This document shows positions 35,282-47,300 of a stretch of 64,000 bases of DNA, piece after piece. The stretch's first letter is position 1. Every line of letters begins with the position of its first letter. A model generated the notes under the pieces. The model ran no database searches. It had not been told where the DNA came from and saw only the letters and a program-made list of their open reading frames with translations. The stretch is from Macrostomum lignano (lineage: Eukaryota), in assembly GCA_002269645.1 (NCBI GenBank), contig NIVC01000260.1, positions 496,001-560,000 on the forward strand, read 5' to 3'. A program made the translations under genes and the position numbers.

Positions 35282-38200
35282 CTATTGGCGACGAGAATTG
35301 GTCGGGTACAGCGTAGGAGGTACATTAGTAATGTTGTATTAATTTCAGGGGGAATAGAAAAGGACGCCTAACAAAGCGTGCGCACAATCAAAGGAGCGCA
35401 TTTGTATAAGCGCGCACCGGTTTAACCGGGCATTTTGTAGGTGCGCGCTGTCATAAGCGAAGCGCACACATTTTCTAAGAAGTGGCACAAGAGCGCACAA
35501 TTTCTAAGAATTGGCACAGGAGCGCACATTTTCTAAGAAGTGGCACAGGAGCGCACAATTTCTAAGAATTGGCACAGGAGCGCACAATTTCTAAGAAGTG
35601 ACACGTGAGACCACTGGGGTGTCAGAGAACGCGTGAACTAAGTGAACTTTGTTTGGACTACCTACTGGAATACTAAATTATTTTTTAACTTTTAAAAAAG
35701 TCATTTTCGTTAGTCCCTTACGCTCAAACTCAAGACTGTGTCCTCAACAAAATCAAAGCGGTAAATTTTCAGCTACTTAGTTAGAAGTATACAGAGCTTA
35801 GCTAATCCACCGTTAGTTCCTGACATGCATAAATACATAAACACAGCAATTCAGACTAACTTCCAAGATGCTTTACCTCGAAATCCGGCCTGAATTTTGA
35901 CAGCTGCCTCCGCGTTCAATTTGTCCTCATCTGCCGCATCAGCTTGGCCATTCTAAAGAAATTTGAAGAAAAAATATGAAGATTAGCACACTACTATATT
36001 TAACTTTTAGTACATCTATTATGAAAATAATTGCAGGCAATTATTTGCAGCGATCAAATGCTGGGATACAAAAAAACAACACTTTAGACTAAACAGCTGC
36101 TAAATTCAAAAACTTTTGCCGCAAGCATTTCAGTTTAGTGATCTGAGCATCAAACTTCATTATAGTTAGTGAAGTAAAAAAACTGATGCAACCAAACAAG
36201 CAACAAGCACATTAATACGCTCGTAAGGTCTAGGTGAAGGCAAAGATGCTAGACTAACCAGATAGGTCACTCGCAATTAAAGTTGTGAAAAAAACAGAGC
36301 CTGTACTCGTCTTTCAGTAGTTTGTCTGCGCAGTGTCACTTAAATTTACTGTGGCAGCTAAAATCTCTTTTCCTTACTCGGAATTTGCGGCCTCAGAAGC
36401 ATATGGGGTTAAGAATGAACAACAAGAATTTAAGAGTCACTTTGAAGATGTATAAAAGTGAACGCAAGAGGGAGACGAAACTGTGTCTAGGGGGGTGGGG
36501 GGCAGGCCCAATCTAGCCCAGCCAATGAGAGAGCAGTAAGGAGAGAGAAAGTAAGACGGACGAAACTCAGCCTAGGGGGAACGTACAAGGTCCAATCTAG
36601 CTCAGCCAATGAGAGAGCAGTAAAGAAAGAGGTCAAAGTCAGATACAGACCTGGCCGGGGCTAGGCTAGGGCGCCACCCCTTTTCTCTTGCCCGCTATGC
36701 ACATTGGTTTGTTTGTTTGCAATTGACGCACTTTAAGCGACATTGTCACACAACCGGCGAGAGGCATTACTGCTCAGTCCGCCGACTCCTTTGAGCAGGT
36801 GCACACAAGCGCGCGGATACGTACGCAGTCATACGCACAGGCACACACTCACACAGCAGTGTACAGCGGCCCTAACTTTATTTATCGTTGGGCATGTACA
36901 CTTTACTGTGCCTTGGGGGGTTCGCCCTCAAGGGCGTTAATTGCGCAAGCAGAGCTAAGCCGAGATTTCAATAAAGCCCCAAATTAATGTGACTGCAATA
37001 AAGGAGCGCCGAGCTAGACCACTAGACTACGGCTTCCGTGAATAAAACAGAGGATGCTAATTTAATGGGCCTGCTTGTAGAAAGCCAGCAAAGATTAACT
37101 ATTTTGTAAAAATTCTTTGCGCGTGCATTATCAAATATCCTGTTATTTCTAGTTTCTGTAGATTAAGACTAAAATAAGGTTTGTTCAAAGATCAGGACCA
37201 GGGAATTTTGCTGATGAAAAGTGAGAACTCCCTAAGAGTCGGGTGTGAACCCAAGAGTCTCGATTCCACTGATTCCTGAGCACACACAATGGGTCTTCAT
37301 AATATCTATAGTAAACTATAGTAATTTTTTGAAGAGTCCGAATTTTTTCATCTTGATACTTGAGAGTTTATAATGTCTAGATTCTGTCAAGATTTCACCG
37401 ACCTTCATCACAAAACTTATTATACTAACTATACTAGCAAAATATTAAATTTAAAGTTCAAAACTGCGTGAACACGTTACCGATGCTGCACAGTTGGAGC
37501 CGCTCGAGTAATGAGAATAATAAGCTATCAAATGCTTCACTAGCCCAGACTTGCACTCATCCATTTTAGATACACATTCGGATTTGAATAAGGTCCAATG
37601 GTTGCGGGATCAGCTATCAGTAAGGAAAATACTCCCCTTTTATACTAATCAAGCTAGAAAGCTCAGGATAGGAAAATTTGTTTCCCGATTTTATCCAACC
37701 ATCAACAGCCCGGGAGCTCGGGATCTCACAGGCCCCTTATTTCTCTCGAACTGGCGCGGACATCCAATGCAAATTCAGAGCATAAGGAACAGGCATTGAA
37801 CGCGGCCGGTCAAGCGTTCACATTGGGCGGTGTCCCGTTAGGCTTTAGGGGCTGGGCAGTTTCTCCAGGCAAAAAGAAGCACAATTCTATACACTTTCGA
37901 TAGAGCAGAATGAAAACCCACTAACTATTGAGCAGTGCTGCGCTTTGAGAAAAAGCGTTGAGGAAAACATGTGGCAATTAACCTGGCGTCTTTGTGTATT
38001 AAAGCTGGTTTAATTTCTCAGGTATGAACTTTTCCATTTCGGCTGGACATCCAGTTGACACTTTTCGGATATTATATAAATAACCGAATATGTGCGACTG
38101 TAGCTTTGTGATTAGACCGTCGGACTCAAAACTTGGAAGGTCGGGGGTTCGATTCCCGATCCCATTGGAACCATTTTTGTCCTTGATCAAGACAACTAGC

Positions 38201-41200
38201 ATTAGCTGGGGTATTGAGGGTGTGTGTGGGTCTTCAAAGCTGCGGCTGAGCTGTTGGTTGCACATCTGACCCAATTTGCGCTGGTGCAACCAAGTATTGC
38301 TATTATTATTAAATATCCGAAAGAACATGTAAAAACATATTTGTTAGCCCACGAAAAGTGCATAAATTTAGACATATAACAGGAAATCCGACTGATAAAA
38401 AGGTAAACCAGAAAAAGGAAGGCAAGAGTCATAGGTTAGAGATATATATAACCCTGACAATTCACGACTACAGCCCTCCTACGGAGGCAGAAGCCACACC
38501 CAGAAAATGTACTCTTACATAAAAAGCTAAATTTTTACGTCATAGAGGAGAGCTAATGGATGATAAGGGCGAATATGCTAAAAGTATCCTGGAGTGCCAC
38601 CCAAGAAGGCGCAGGTGTTTAACTCAAGCGCAATGTTAAGATTGTGTCCAAAAACAAAAAATCATAACAACAAAGCAGAAACGAAAGGCAAGAAACTGAA
38701 GACAAGTTCGAATACTGAGTATAATGCCACGATATCATACGCCAATCTAAACTAAAAACGGCAAACGACAAAAGCGTTGAAATTGCATGCAGCATTCAAC
38801 ACAAGCATCCGGCTATTCTACAGACACTGAATCTGCACCTTGTCATCATTGTCCTCGGGCGCTGCTTCCACAGATTCTCTCTGCTGCGATTCGTCGATTT
38901 GTTCCGCTTTCTTCTTCTTTTTCTTGTTTTTCTTTTTCTTTTCTTGTCTTTTTGGGGCTCCTCGGCTGTGATTCCTTCTGCTACTGGATCACCCTCTACA
39001 TTCTCGGTGGTCTCAGGAACTGCTGCTCCACCTTGATGTTGCCCGTCAGTATGTTCCTCCTTCCACTCACCAACAGCCTCAGGAGATTGAACAGGGTCAT
39101 CTAGATTCTGAGCTACAACAGCAGCAGGTCCCTCCTCACGCTTCTCATCACCAACCGAAGGTGCAGGCTCCTCCTCACGCTTCTCATCAACAACCGAAGG
39201 CGCAGGCTCCTCCTCACGCTTCTCATCACCAACCGAAGGTGCAGGCTCCTCCTCACGCTTTTCATCAACAACCAAAGGCGCAGGCTCCCCTTCACGCTTC
39301 TCATCAGCAAAAGAAGGCGCAGGCTCCTCACGCTTCTCATCAACAACCGAAGGTGCAGGCTCTTCCTCACGCTTCTCATCAACAACAGCGGGTGCAGGTT
39401 CCTCCTCACGCTTCTCATCAACAACCAAAGGCGCAGGCTCCCCTTCACGCTTCTCATCAGCAAAAGAAGGCGCAGGCTCCTCACGCTTCTCATCAACAAC
39501 CGAAGGTGCAGGCTCTTCCTCACGCTTCTCATCAACAACAGCGGGTGCAGGTTCCTCCTCACGCTTCTCATCAACAACCGAAGGTGCAGGCTCCTCCTCA
39601 CGCTTCTCATCACCAACCGAAGGTGCAGGCTCCTCCTCACGCTTCTCATCAGCAACCAAAGGCGCAGGCTCCCCTTCACGCTTCTCATCAGCAAAAGAAG
39701 GCGCAGCCTCCTCACGCTTCTCATCAACAACCGAAGGTGCAGGCTCTTCCTCACGCTTCTCATCAACAACAGCGGGTGCAGGTTCCTCCTCACGCTTCTC
39801 ATCAACAACAGCGGGCGCAGGTTCCTCCTCACGCTTCTCATCAACAACAGCGGGTGCAGGCTCCTCCTCACGCTTCTCATCAACAACAGCGGGTGCAGGC
39901 TCCTCCTCACGCTTCTCATCACCAACCGAAGGTGCAGGCTCCTCCTCACGCTTCTCATCAGCAACCAAAGGCGCAGGCTCCTCACGCTTCTCATCACCAA
40001 CCGAAGGTGCAGGCTCCTCCTCACGCTTCTCATCAACAACCGAAGGTGCAGGCTCCTCCTCACGCTTCTCATCAAAAGCATCCTTAATTTTCGTATCTCT
40101 TTGATTTCTAATCTCCCCACCCAAATCGCATGCTTTTGCTGAGTTCAAACAATCAAACTGCTCAGTCTGTTGTGAGTGACCGTCTGCTGACTCGGCTGAA
40201 CTCGGATTGGCAGCAACAGGTGGCGGCTTCAAAGTGAACCAGGGCGGGGAAAGTTCAAACAATAGAGTATTATATGTAGTTGCAAATTGTAATGGTAAAG
40301 TACATAACAAGTGTACAAGAAAGCTAGGGACCTGATAGACTGACATTTTGAATGGGCTCGGAATACTAACAAGCAGTTAGCACTAAACATGAAAGTAAAT
40401 TATGAAAGAAGAGTATCTATTGAATTCTGACTAGACATCAAATGCACAGGCTTCAATCACGAAAACTAAACTTACCTTATTAGAAATTTGCTCAGTATTG
40501 TTTGCGTCTTGATCATCCTGAAGTGGCGCAGAAGCAGAATCAACAGGCTCTTCTTGGACAGAGTCGCCATTGACAGGTTCTGTTGTCTCTGACAATTCGG
40601 CAGTTTCAGCAGTGGTAGCAACAGCTTCGCCAGCAGTTTCATTGGCAGCTTCATTGCCGACAGCTTCAGTAGCGGTAGTTTCTGCAGCAACGGAATCGGC
40701 GGCGGCAGCTTCGGCAGCGGTAGTTTCAGCAGCAGAAGCTTCAGTAGCAGCGGCAGTTTCAGTGGCGGCAGCTTCAGCGGTGGCAGCTTCGTTGGCGGCA
40801 GCTTCGGCAGCAGCAGCTTCAGCGGCGGCAGCTTTGGCAGCAGCGGCTTCGTTGGCGGCAGCTTCAGCGGCGGCAGCTTCGGCAGCAGCGGCTTCGTTGG
40901 CGGCAGCTTCGGCAGCAGCAGCTTCAGCGGCGGCAGCTTCGGCAGCAGCGGCTTCGTTGGCGGCAGCTTCAGCGGCGGCAGCTTCGGCAGCAGCGGCTTC
41001 GTTGGCGGCAGCTTTGGCAGCAGCAGCTTCAGCGGCGGCAGCTTCGGCAGCAGCGGCTTCGTTGGCGGCAGCTTCGGCAGCAGCAGCTTCAGCGGCGGCA
41101 GCTTCGGCAGCAGCAGCTTCGTTGGCGGCAGCTTCGGCAGCAGCAGCTTCAGCGGCGGCAGCTTCGGCAGCGGCTTCGGCGGCGGCAGCTTCGGCAGCAG

Positions 41201-44200
41201 CAGCTTCAGCAGCGGCAGCTTCTTTTTTCTTGGCTTCTTCGATACGCTGAAGAAGTAAAAACACGATATAAACACGATTAAAATTCGTACTATGCTACTT
41301 CTAATATAAGTAGTGAAAGTAGAGCGCTAAAAAATTGAAATTCTTGCCTTCTGCTCCTCTCGCTTCTTCTTGAATTCAACCCGAGCACGGTGGCCTTTGA
41401 AGCCCGCTTGGATTTTAGCGGCCGCATCCTCTTTCTGCTGCTGCGTCGGCCCTTCAATGATTAGCTGCACAATGGGAGTTTGAGAGAGAGAGCGATGAAT
41501 AATCCGATTATTAATTTATCAATAATAATTCATTAAATATTGCGAAACTGCGTGGGAAAGAGAATTTTAAAGAAAAAAATGGTCTATTGTGAAAATAATT
41601 GCGCACATAACGCAACTTTACTAGCATTTTATAAGTAATAAAATGACTAAAGGCTGAAGCTCAATGCAAACTTTGACTTTTCCTTTTTTAATGACAAAAA
41701 ACACGATAAACGACTTGTACGCGCAAGACAGTTAAAAAAGTTCACGTGTCTGCCTGCAACTTGAATCAGAAGCCGGGTTGTCACTTGTCACAGAGGAAAT
41801 GCGCGTCTTGGAAGAAGTCCTACTTCGAGGACTTCAAAACAACGGAGGAACGAAGTGTTCTGTCTACCCATTGTAGAGAATTGGTGTAGCAGTGGCGCCC
41901 TACATTCATTGACATTAGTCATAGATAATTAATTGGGGGTAGCAGTGGCGCCCTACATTTATTAGTCACAGATAATTGGGGGTAGCAATGGCGCCCTACA
42001 TTTATTAGTCACAGATAATTGGGGTAGCAGTGGCGCCCTACATTTATTAGTCACAGATAATTGGGGTAGCAGTGGCGCCCTACATTTATTAGTCACAGAT
42101 AATTGGGGTAGCAGTGGCGCCCTACATTTATTAGTCACAGATAATTGGGGGTAGCAGTGGCGCCCTACATTTATTAGTCACAGATAATTGGGGGTAGCAG
42201 TAGCGCCCTACATTTATTAGTCACAGATAATTGGGGTAGCAGTGGCGCCCTACATTTATTAGTCACAGATAATTGGGGGTAGCAATGGCGCTCCACTTCA
42301 GTCATAGATAATTGGGGGTAGCAGTGGTGCCCTACATTCATTCACATTAGTCATAGATAATTAATTGGGGGTAGCAGTGGCGCCCTACATTTATTAGTCA
42401 CAGATAATTAAGGGTAGCAGTGGCGCCCTACATTTATTAGTCACAGATAATTGGGGGTAGCAGTGGCGCCCTACATTTATTAGTCACAGATAATTGGGGG
42501 TAGCAGTGGCGCCCTACATTTATTAGTCACAGATAATTGGGGTAGCAGTGGCGCCCTACATTTATTAGTCACAGATAATTGGGGGTAGCAATGGCGCTCC
42601 ACTTCAGTCATAGATAATTGGGGGTAGCAGTGGCGCTCCACTTCAGTCATAGATAATTGGGGGGTAGCAATGGCGCTCCACTTCAGTCATAGATAATTGG
42701 GGGTAGCAGTGGCGCTCCACTTCAGTCATAGATAATTGGGGGTAGCAGTGGCACTCCACTTCAGTCATAGACAATTGGGGGAAGCAGTGGCGCTCCACTT
42801 CAGTCATAGATAATTGGGGGAAGCAGTATCGCTCCACTTCAGTCATAGATAATTGGGGGTAGCAGTGGCACTCCACTTCAGTCATAGACAATTGGGGGTA
42901 GCAGTGGCGCTCCACTTCAGTCATAGATAATTGGGGGTAGCAGTGGCGCTCCACTTCAGTCATAGATAATTGGGGGAAGCAGTGGCACTCCACTTCAGTC
43001 ATAGATAATTGGGGGTAGCAGTGGCACTCCACTTCAGTCATAGATAATTGGGGGGTAGCAGTGGCACTCCACTTCAGTCATAGATAATTGGGGGAAGCAG
43101 TGGCACTCCACTTCAGTCATAGATAATTGGGGGTAGCAGTGATGCCCCACCTAGTCAGCCGCCCTGCTGCTAGCTAAATTGCTTGAATCCGAAGTACTTA
43201 ATCGTTACATAAAACATTTCCCACGCGAACCTGCATTCGCTCCTCCCGATCATGACAGTCTTTGTGCGCCTCCTCCTCTCGTATTTTGCGCTCGTGAAAC
43301 CAATTAGAAAATTTCACGGGCGACACAACGGTGGACGGCGGCGAGAACTGCCTGGGTAAGCTTCTGGCATTGGCCAAGAAGCCGGGACTAAGAGGCAGCT
43401 TGGCCGGCGGCAGGGCCTGAACGCGCAGCGGCAACGGGCGGGCCGGCTTCGGCGGAGCTGACAACGGCGGCGAAATCGGCGACGACGAATCGGTGGCGTC
43501 GCCGCGCTCCGAGTCCTGGACTTCGCCATTGGCAGCAGACGCCGGTCTCGGTGACAGATACTGCTGCTTCAGCGTGTTCCATCTGTCGTTGTAGCTGTCT
43601 CTGTCGTAGCGTTTGAGAAAGTCGTAGCGACCAAGTGTGGCCGCTTTGCGCACGCCAATAGAACCCGGCTGTTGTTGTTGCTGCTGTTGCTGTTGTTTCG
43701 CCACTGGCGCTTCCTGGTGCAAACTCTGCGCTCTTGCTACTGTTATTGTTTCAGTTACTGGAGCCGGCTCAGCGTTGGAATCTGCTTTTGGAGCAGCAAC
43801 GGCAACTTGTTGTTGCGGTTTGCTATTATTAGTCGAAGCTGCTGCAGATGCCGACTGCGGCTGAGGCTTTGCAGGTGTCTCCTGATCGTCGCCAGCTCCT
43901 TTTTGTGCCCGATCGATCGGCTGTTTGGAGTCGTGCTTTGTTTTCTTTTTTCGACGTCCAAAGCAGCCCAACATTTTAATTTTATTATTTCACCAGGCTT
44001 TTAATGTAAACTATTTGAACTGACGCTGCAAGCAGTTGTTGCAATAGATAGGGAAGCGCCTTTGACAATAAATCTTTCTAGTGGAAAATGCGGTGCCAGA
44101 ATGAATCGGTTATTCAGAGAAAGAGAGAGAGCTTGCCTTCTCTTCAGTTTTGTTAAGTGTACGCGCGCACAGACAGGAGTCACCCCGCTCCAACTATTAT

Positions 44201-44280
44201 TAGTGCTTTGTATATAGAGGGGGCTGATGTTAGTAATAAGGGGGGGTTGGAGCTTTTGGGGTTTGTGTTGGGACCCTCTC

Positions 44281-44317
<37 letters not shown>

Positions 44318-47300
44318 CTCTGCAACGAAACGGACCCCCACGGGAGACGAATGGTTTATTCAGGCCCGGTCTGCGTACATTGCTTAATAAACTTGTCTAA
44401 GAGTGGGGGTGGGTGCAATGGGGTGGGGGTCGGGTATGAACACTGGGGGCCTCTAGCGCCCTCCAGTCAGTCCCTCCAATTAAAATAAGCAGAATTCCTC
44501 TCCTTTACGGTCAGTTTAACTCACTTTAACCAACCAAACCACTTAATGTTAAACAGGCATAAAATTAACTAAGTTCAAACCGTAAATTAAAACTGTTTTA
44601 ATTTTTAAACTCCAATATTTTACATTTTAATAAAACTCATTAGTTCGTATTATTCCAGAGTGATTGATATCCTAATGCTTTCTGCTGTTTTTTAGTGTTT
44701 CCTGTTTCGCCCCTCAGACTTCATGTACATGTGGTTATTAAGTTCAGTTACTGCTACTATAATACTGAGATCTACAAAATTATTGAGTAAACATTCAACA
44801 GTTCACAAAAACAAGAGTCTTGGAGACAAGGTCTGAAGTCTCAACTAGAAAGAAATAAAGAAAAATATAGTGTCTAGTGGGCCTTGGGCTGCCCGCCCTA
44901 TAGATAATTTGTAAGTCCAAATCCAGTCGTAAACGCCGCCAGAAAACCTCTTCACACGCGAAACAGTTTAGCAGCATTGTGGTATCGGGGCTAATCTGAT
45001 TTATTAGATAAGAAATAAATAGCTAAGCAAAAACACCACCCACTCTCAAACCCTGATAAACACGACGCATCTGCTGTTCCAGAGACGCGAGAGTTAAGGG
45101 TGGGATAGAGGGGGTCTCAGCAGCGCTCGACAGGCCGCACAAAACAATCGCAAACGCAAGAATTCGAACAGAAATCTAAGACAGACAGACGCGTTTCCGT
45201 CGTGCACTTGGGCCGCAGGGTGTTCAGTGTTTCCTTAACTTGATTATTTCACCAAACCTCCAAGCCAGTCCCCAATGCACACTTGCCCTCAACCAGAAAC
45301 GTTACACGACTCTGCCTTCCTGTTTCTGCACACGACGCGCAGTTCGATAGCAAAGCAAATGGAAAACCAAGAAGAGATCGGGGCAGTAAGAGAGGGGGGG
45401 TGAAATCTAGAGTCAAAGGTTCGAGTGGCATTGGTGCAGTAAAGCCAACCGCCAACCGACCGCCAATGTTACCAAGAGTCAAAGTAGCATAAAGCATTAG
45501 GCTCCATTTAAGCTCCGAAAAATAGCCGAATGTGTGGATGACGCGTGTCACTTTATGAAAAGCATGAAAACGCAACATAGCCGGTTCAGACTTCTGATTA
45601 GTCAGATATATACTGCTTTCTGTACGAGCGCATGACACACAAAATATCTGCACACTTCCTTCACGGCACTACATGTAAACTTGCAAAAACAACGTGCGTA
45701 GTGTACGACAACTCAATATAAACATTTGACAACAGTATCTCGTAATCTCGTAATAAAAGCCAGAAATCCTATCCATTGAAATTACAGATTTAATCCTGAC
45801 TGATAGGCAGGAGCTTAGCCATGGATTTTCTATTTTCCATTTCCATGGGCGCCAGCACCAGGGGCGCCAGCACCAGGGGCGCCAGCACCAGGGGCGCCAG
45901 CACCAGGGGCGCCAGCACCAGGGGCGCCAGCACCAGGGGCGCCAGCACCAGGGGCGCCAGCACCAGGGGCGCCAGCACCAGGGGCGCCAGCACCAGGGGC
46001 GCCAGCACCAGGGGCGCCAGCACCAGGGGCGCCAGCACCAGGGGCGCCAGCACCAGGGGCGCCAGCACCAGGGGCGCCAGCACCAGGGGCGCCAGCACCA
46101 GGGGCGCCAGCACCAGGGGCGCCAGCACCAGGGGCGCCAGCACCAGGGGCGCCAGCACCAGAGGCACCAGAATTTCTGATTTGAGTGGGCGCTAGAGTCA
46201 GGAGCGTCAGTACTATGGGCGCTAGCGCCAAGGGCCCCAAAGCTGCTGCAAGTGGTGCCACACTCGTATACATTTGCAAAGTCATCCATATTCACTTAAA
46301 TCCCCAACTTGCCTACGCCCCTGCCGATAGTAATCCTGGTATTTATCTTGCCAAAATGCCGGATTTAGAGGCCAAATCATGCGGATCCCGGGAATGAATG
46401 AATGCCTGGTATGATACCATGACAGCATGTCTTGACCAAAATGATCCAAAGCTACGCTAAACCCCATAGTTCTGTGGAGTTTTGTTTTCCAAGACTGCTG
46501 CAGCTACATGTACTTGCGACTAAGTCCAAGGCTGAAGCCAGCACGTCACTCAGCATTAGCACCTCCATGGGTATAGGAAATTGCCAGTGCAATGAAAATG
46601 AAAATGGCAACAAAGACGAACTCTAAGGCACTATGAAGGCTACCCACCGAGAAGAGAGAAAGGCGAATGGAGACAAATCACATCGTATTGTACAGTTACG
46701 AATGTGCGTCGCTAATCATTACTGTAGTCTGATTCTCGCGCCACGACCCCTAAAATTGGCCAAGATTTGTCGCGCCTATAAAGAAATAAATGCTGATTGA
46801 ACATGCACAAAAAGTAGTATGATAGTAGAATGGTCAGGAACAACTTCGAGTTTCGGTTATTAAATTTGAACTGACTGAATTTACTTTGTTATTTTTTATA
46901 ACTGTTCTGTTTAACTAAAAGTACATTTGTTTTGGTTTTCTAGCATAAGACTTTACGTTAGGTCTCCATAATCAGAAAACCATGCTAACGAATGCTGGAA
47001 GCAGACAGCGGTTTATGCCTAATACACAACCACAAACACATAGAAATCAGCGAGTAAGCCAGGGTAATAAAAGTACATACTACAACGGCTGTACTACTAA
47101 AGCGTATGTAGCTACAGACTAAGCAAGCAAGCGCACTTCCTTATTATCGTTCGGTCTCCCCCAAACACCGTAAACGCGGAAATTTCACTTAGGCACTGCT
47201 GGACGCGTATCGGAGATTTTTGCAGCTAAAAAAAGTTTGCCTTAAAACACGCGAAAACATCGGGACGAGGATTGCGGAAAATTTCCCACAGTGATGATGC

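Noticed and set aside
40570-41250. Type I antifreeze-like poly-Ala protein (either strand)
   Set aside because: No 11-residue Thr periodicity; the minus-strand frame is spliced to IQ exons and the plus-strand ORF is its shadow.
41886-43147. CRISPR-like appearance of regular repeats
   Set aside because: Contiguous tandem units with no unique spacers, no cas genes, eukaryotic context.
45669-46295. WCWRP / GAGAP / LVLAP repeat ORFs (silk- or collagen-like)
   Set aside because: Perfect 15-bp array open in several frames; no phase-compatible splice sites identified.
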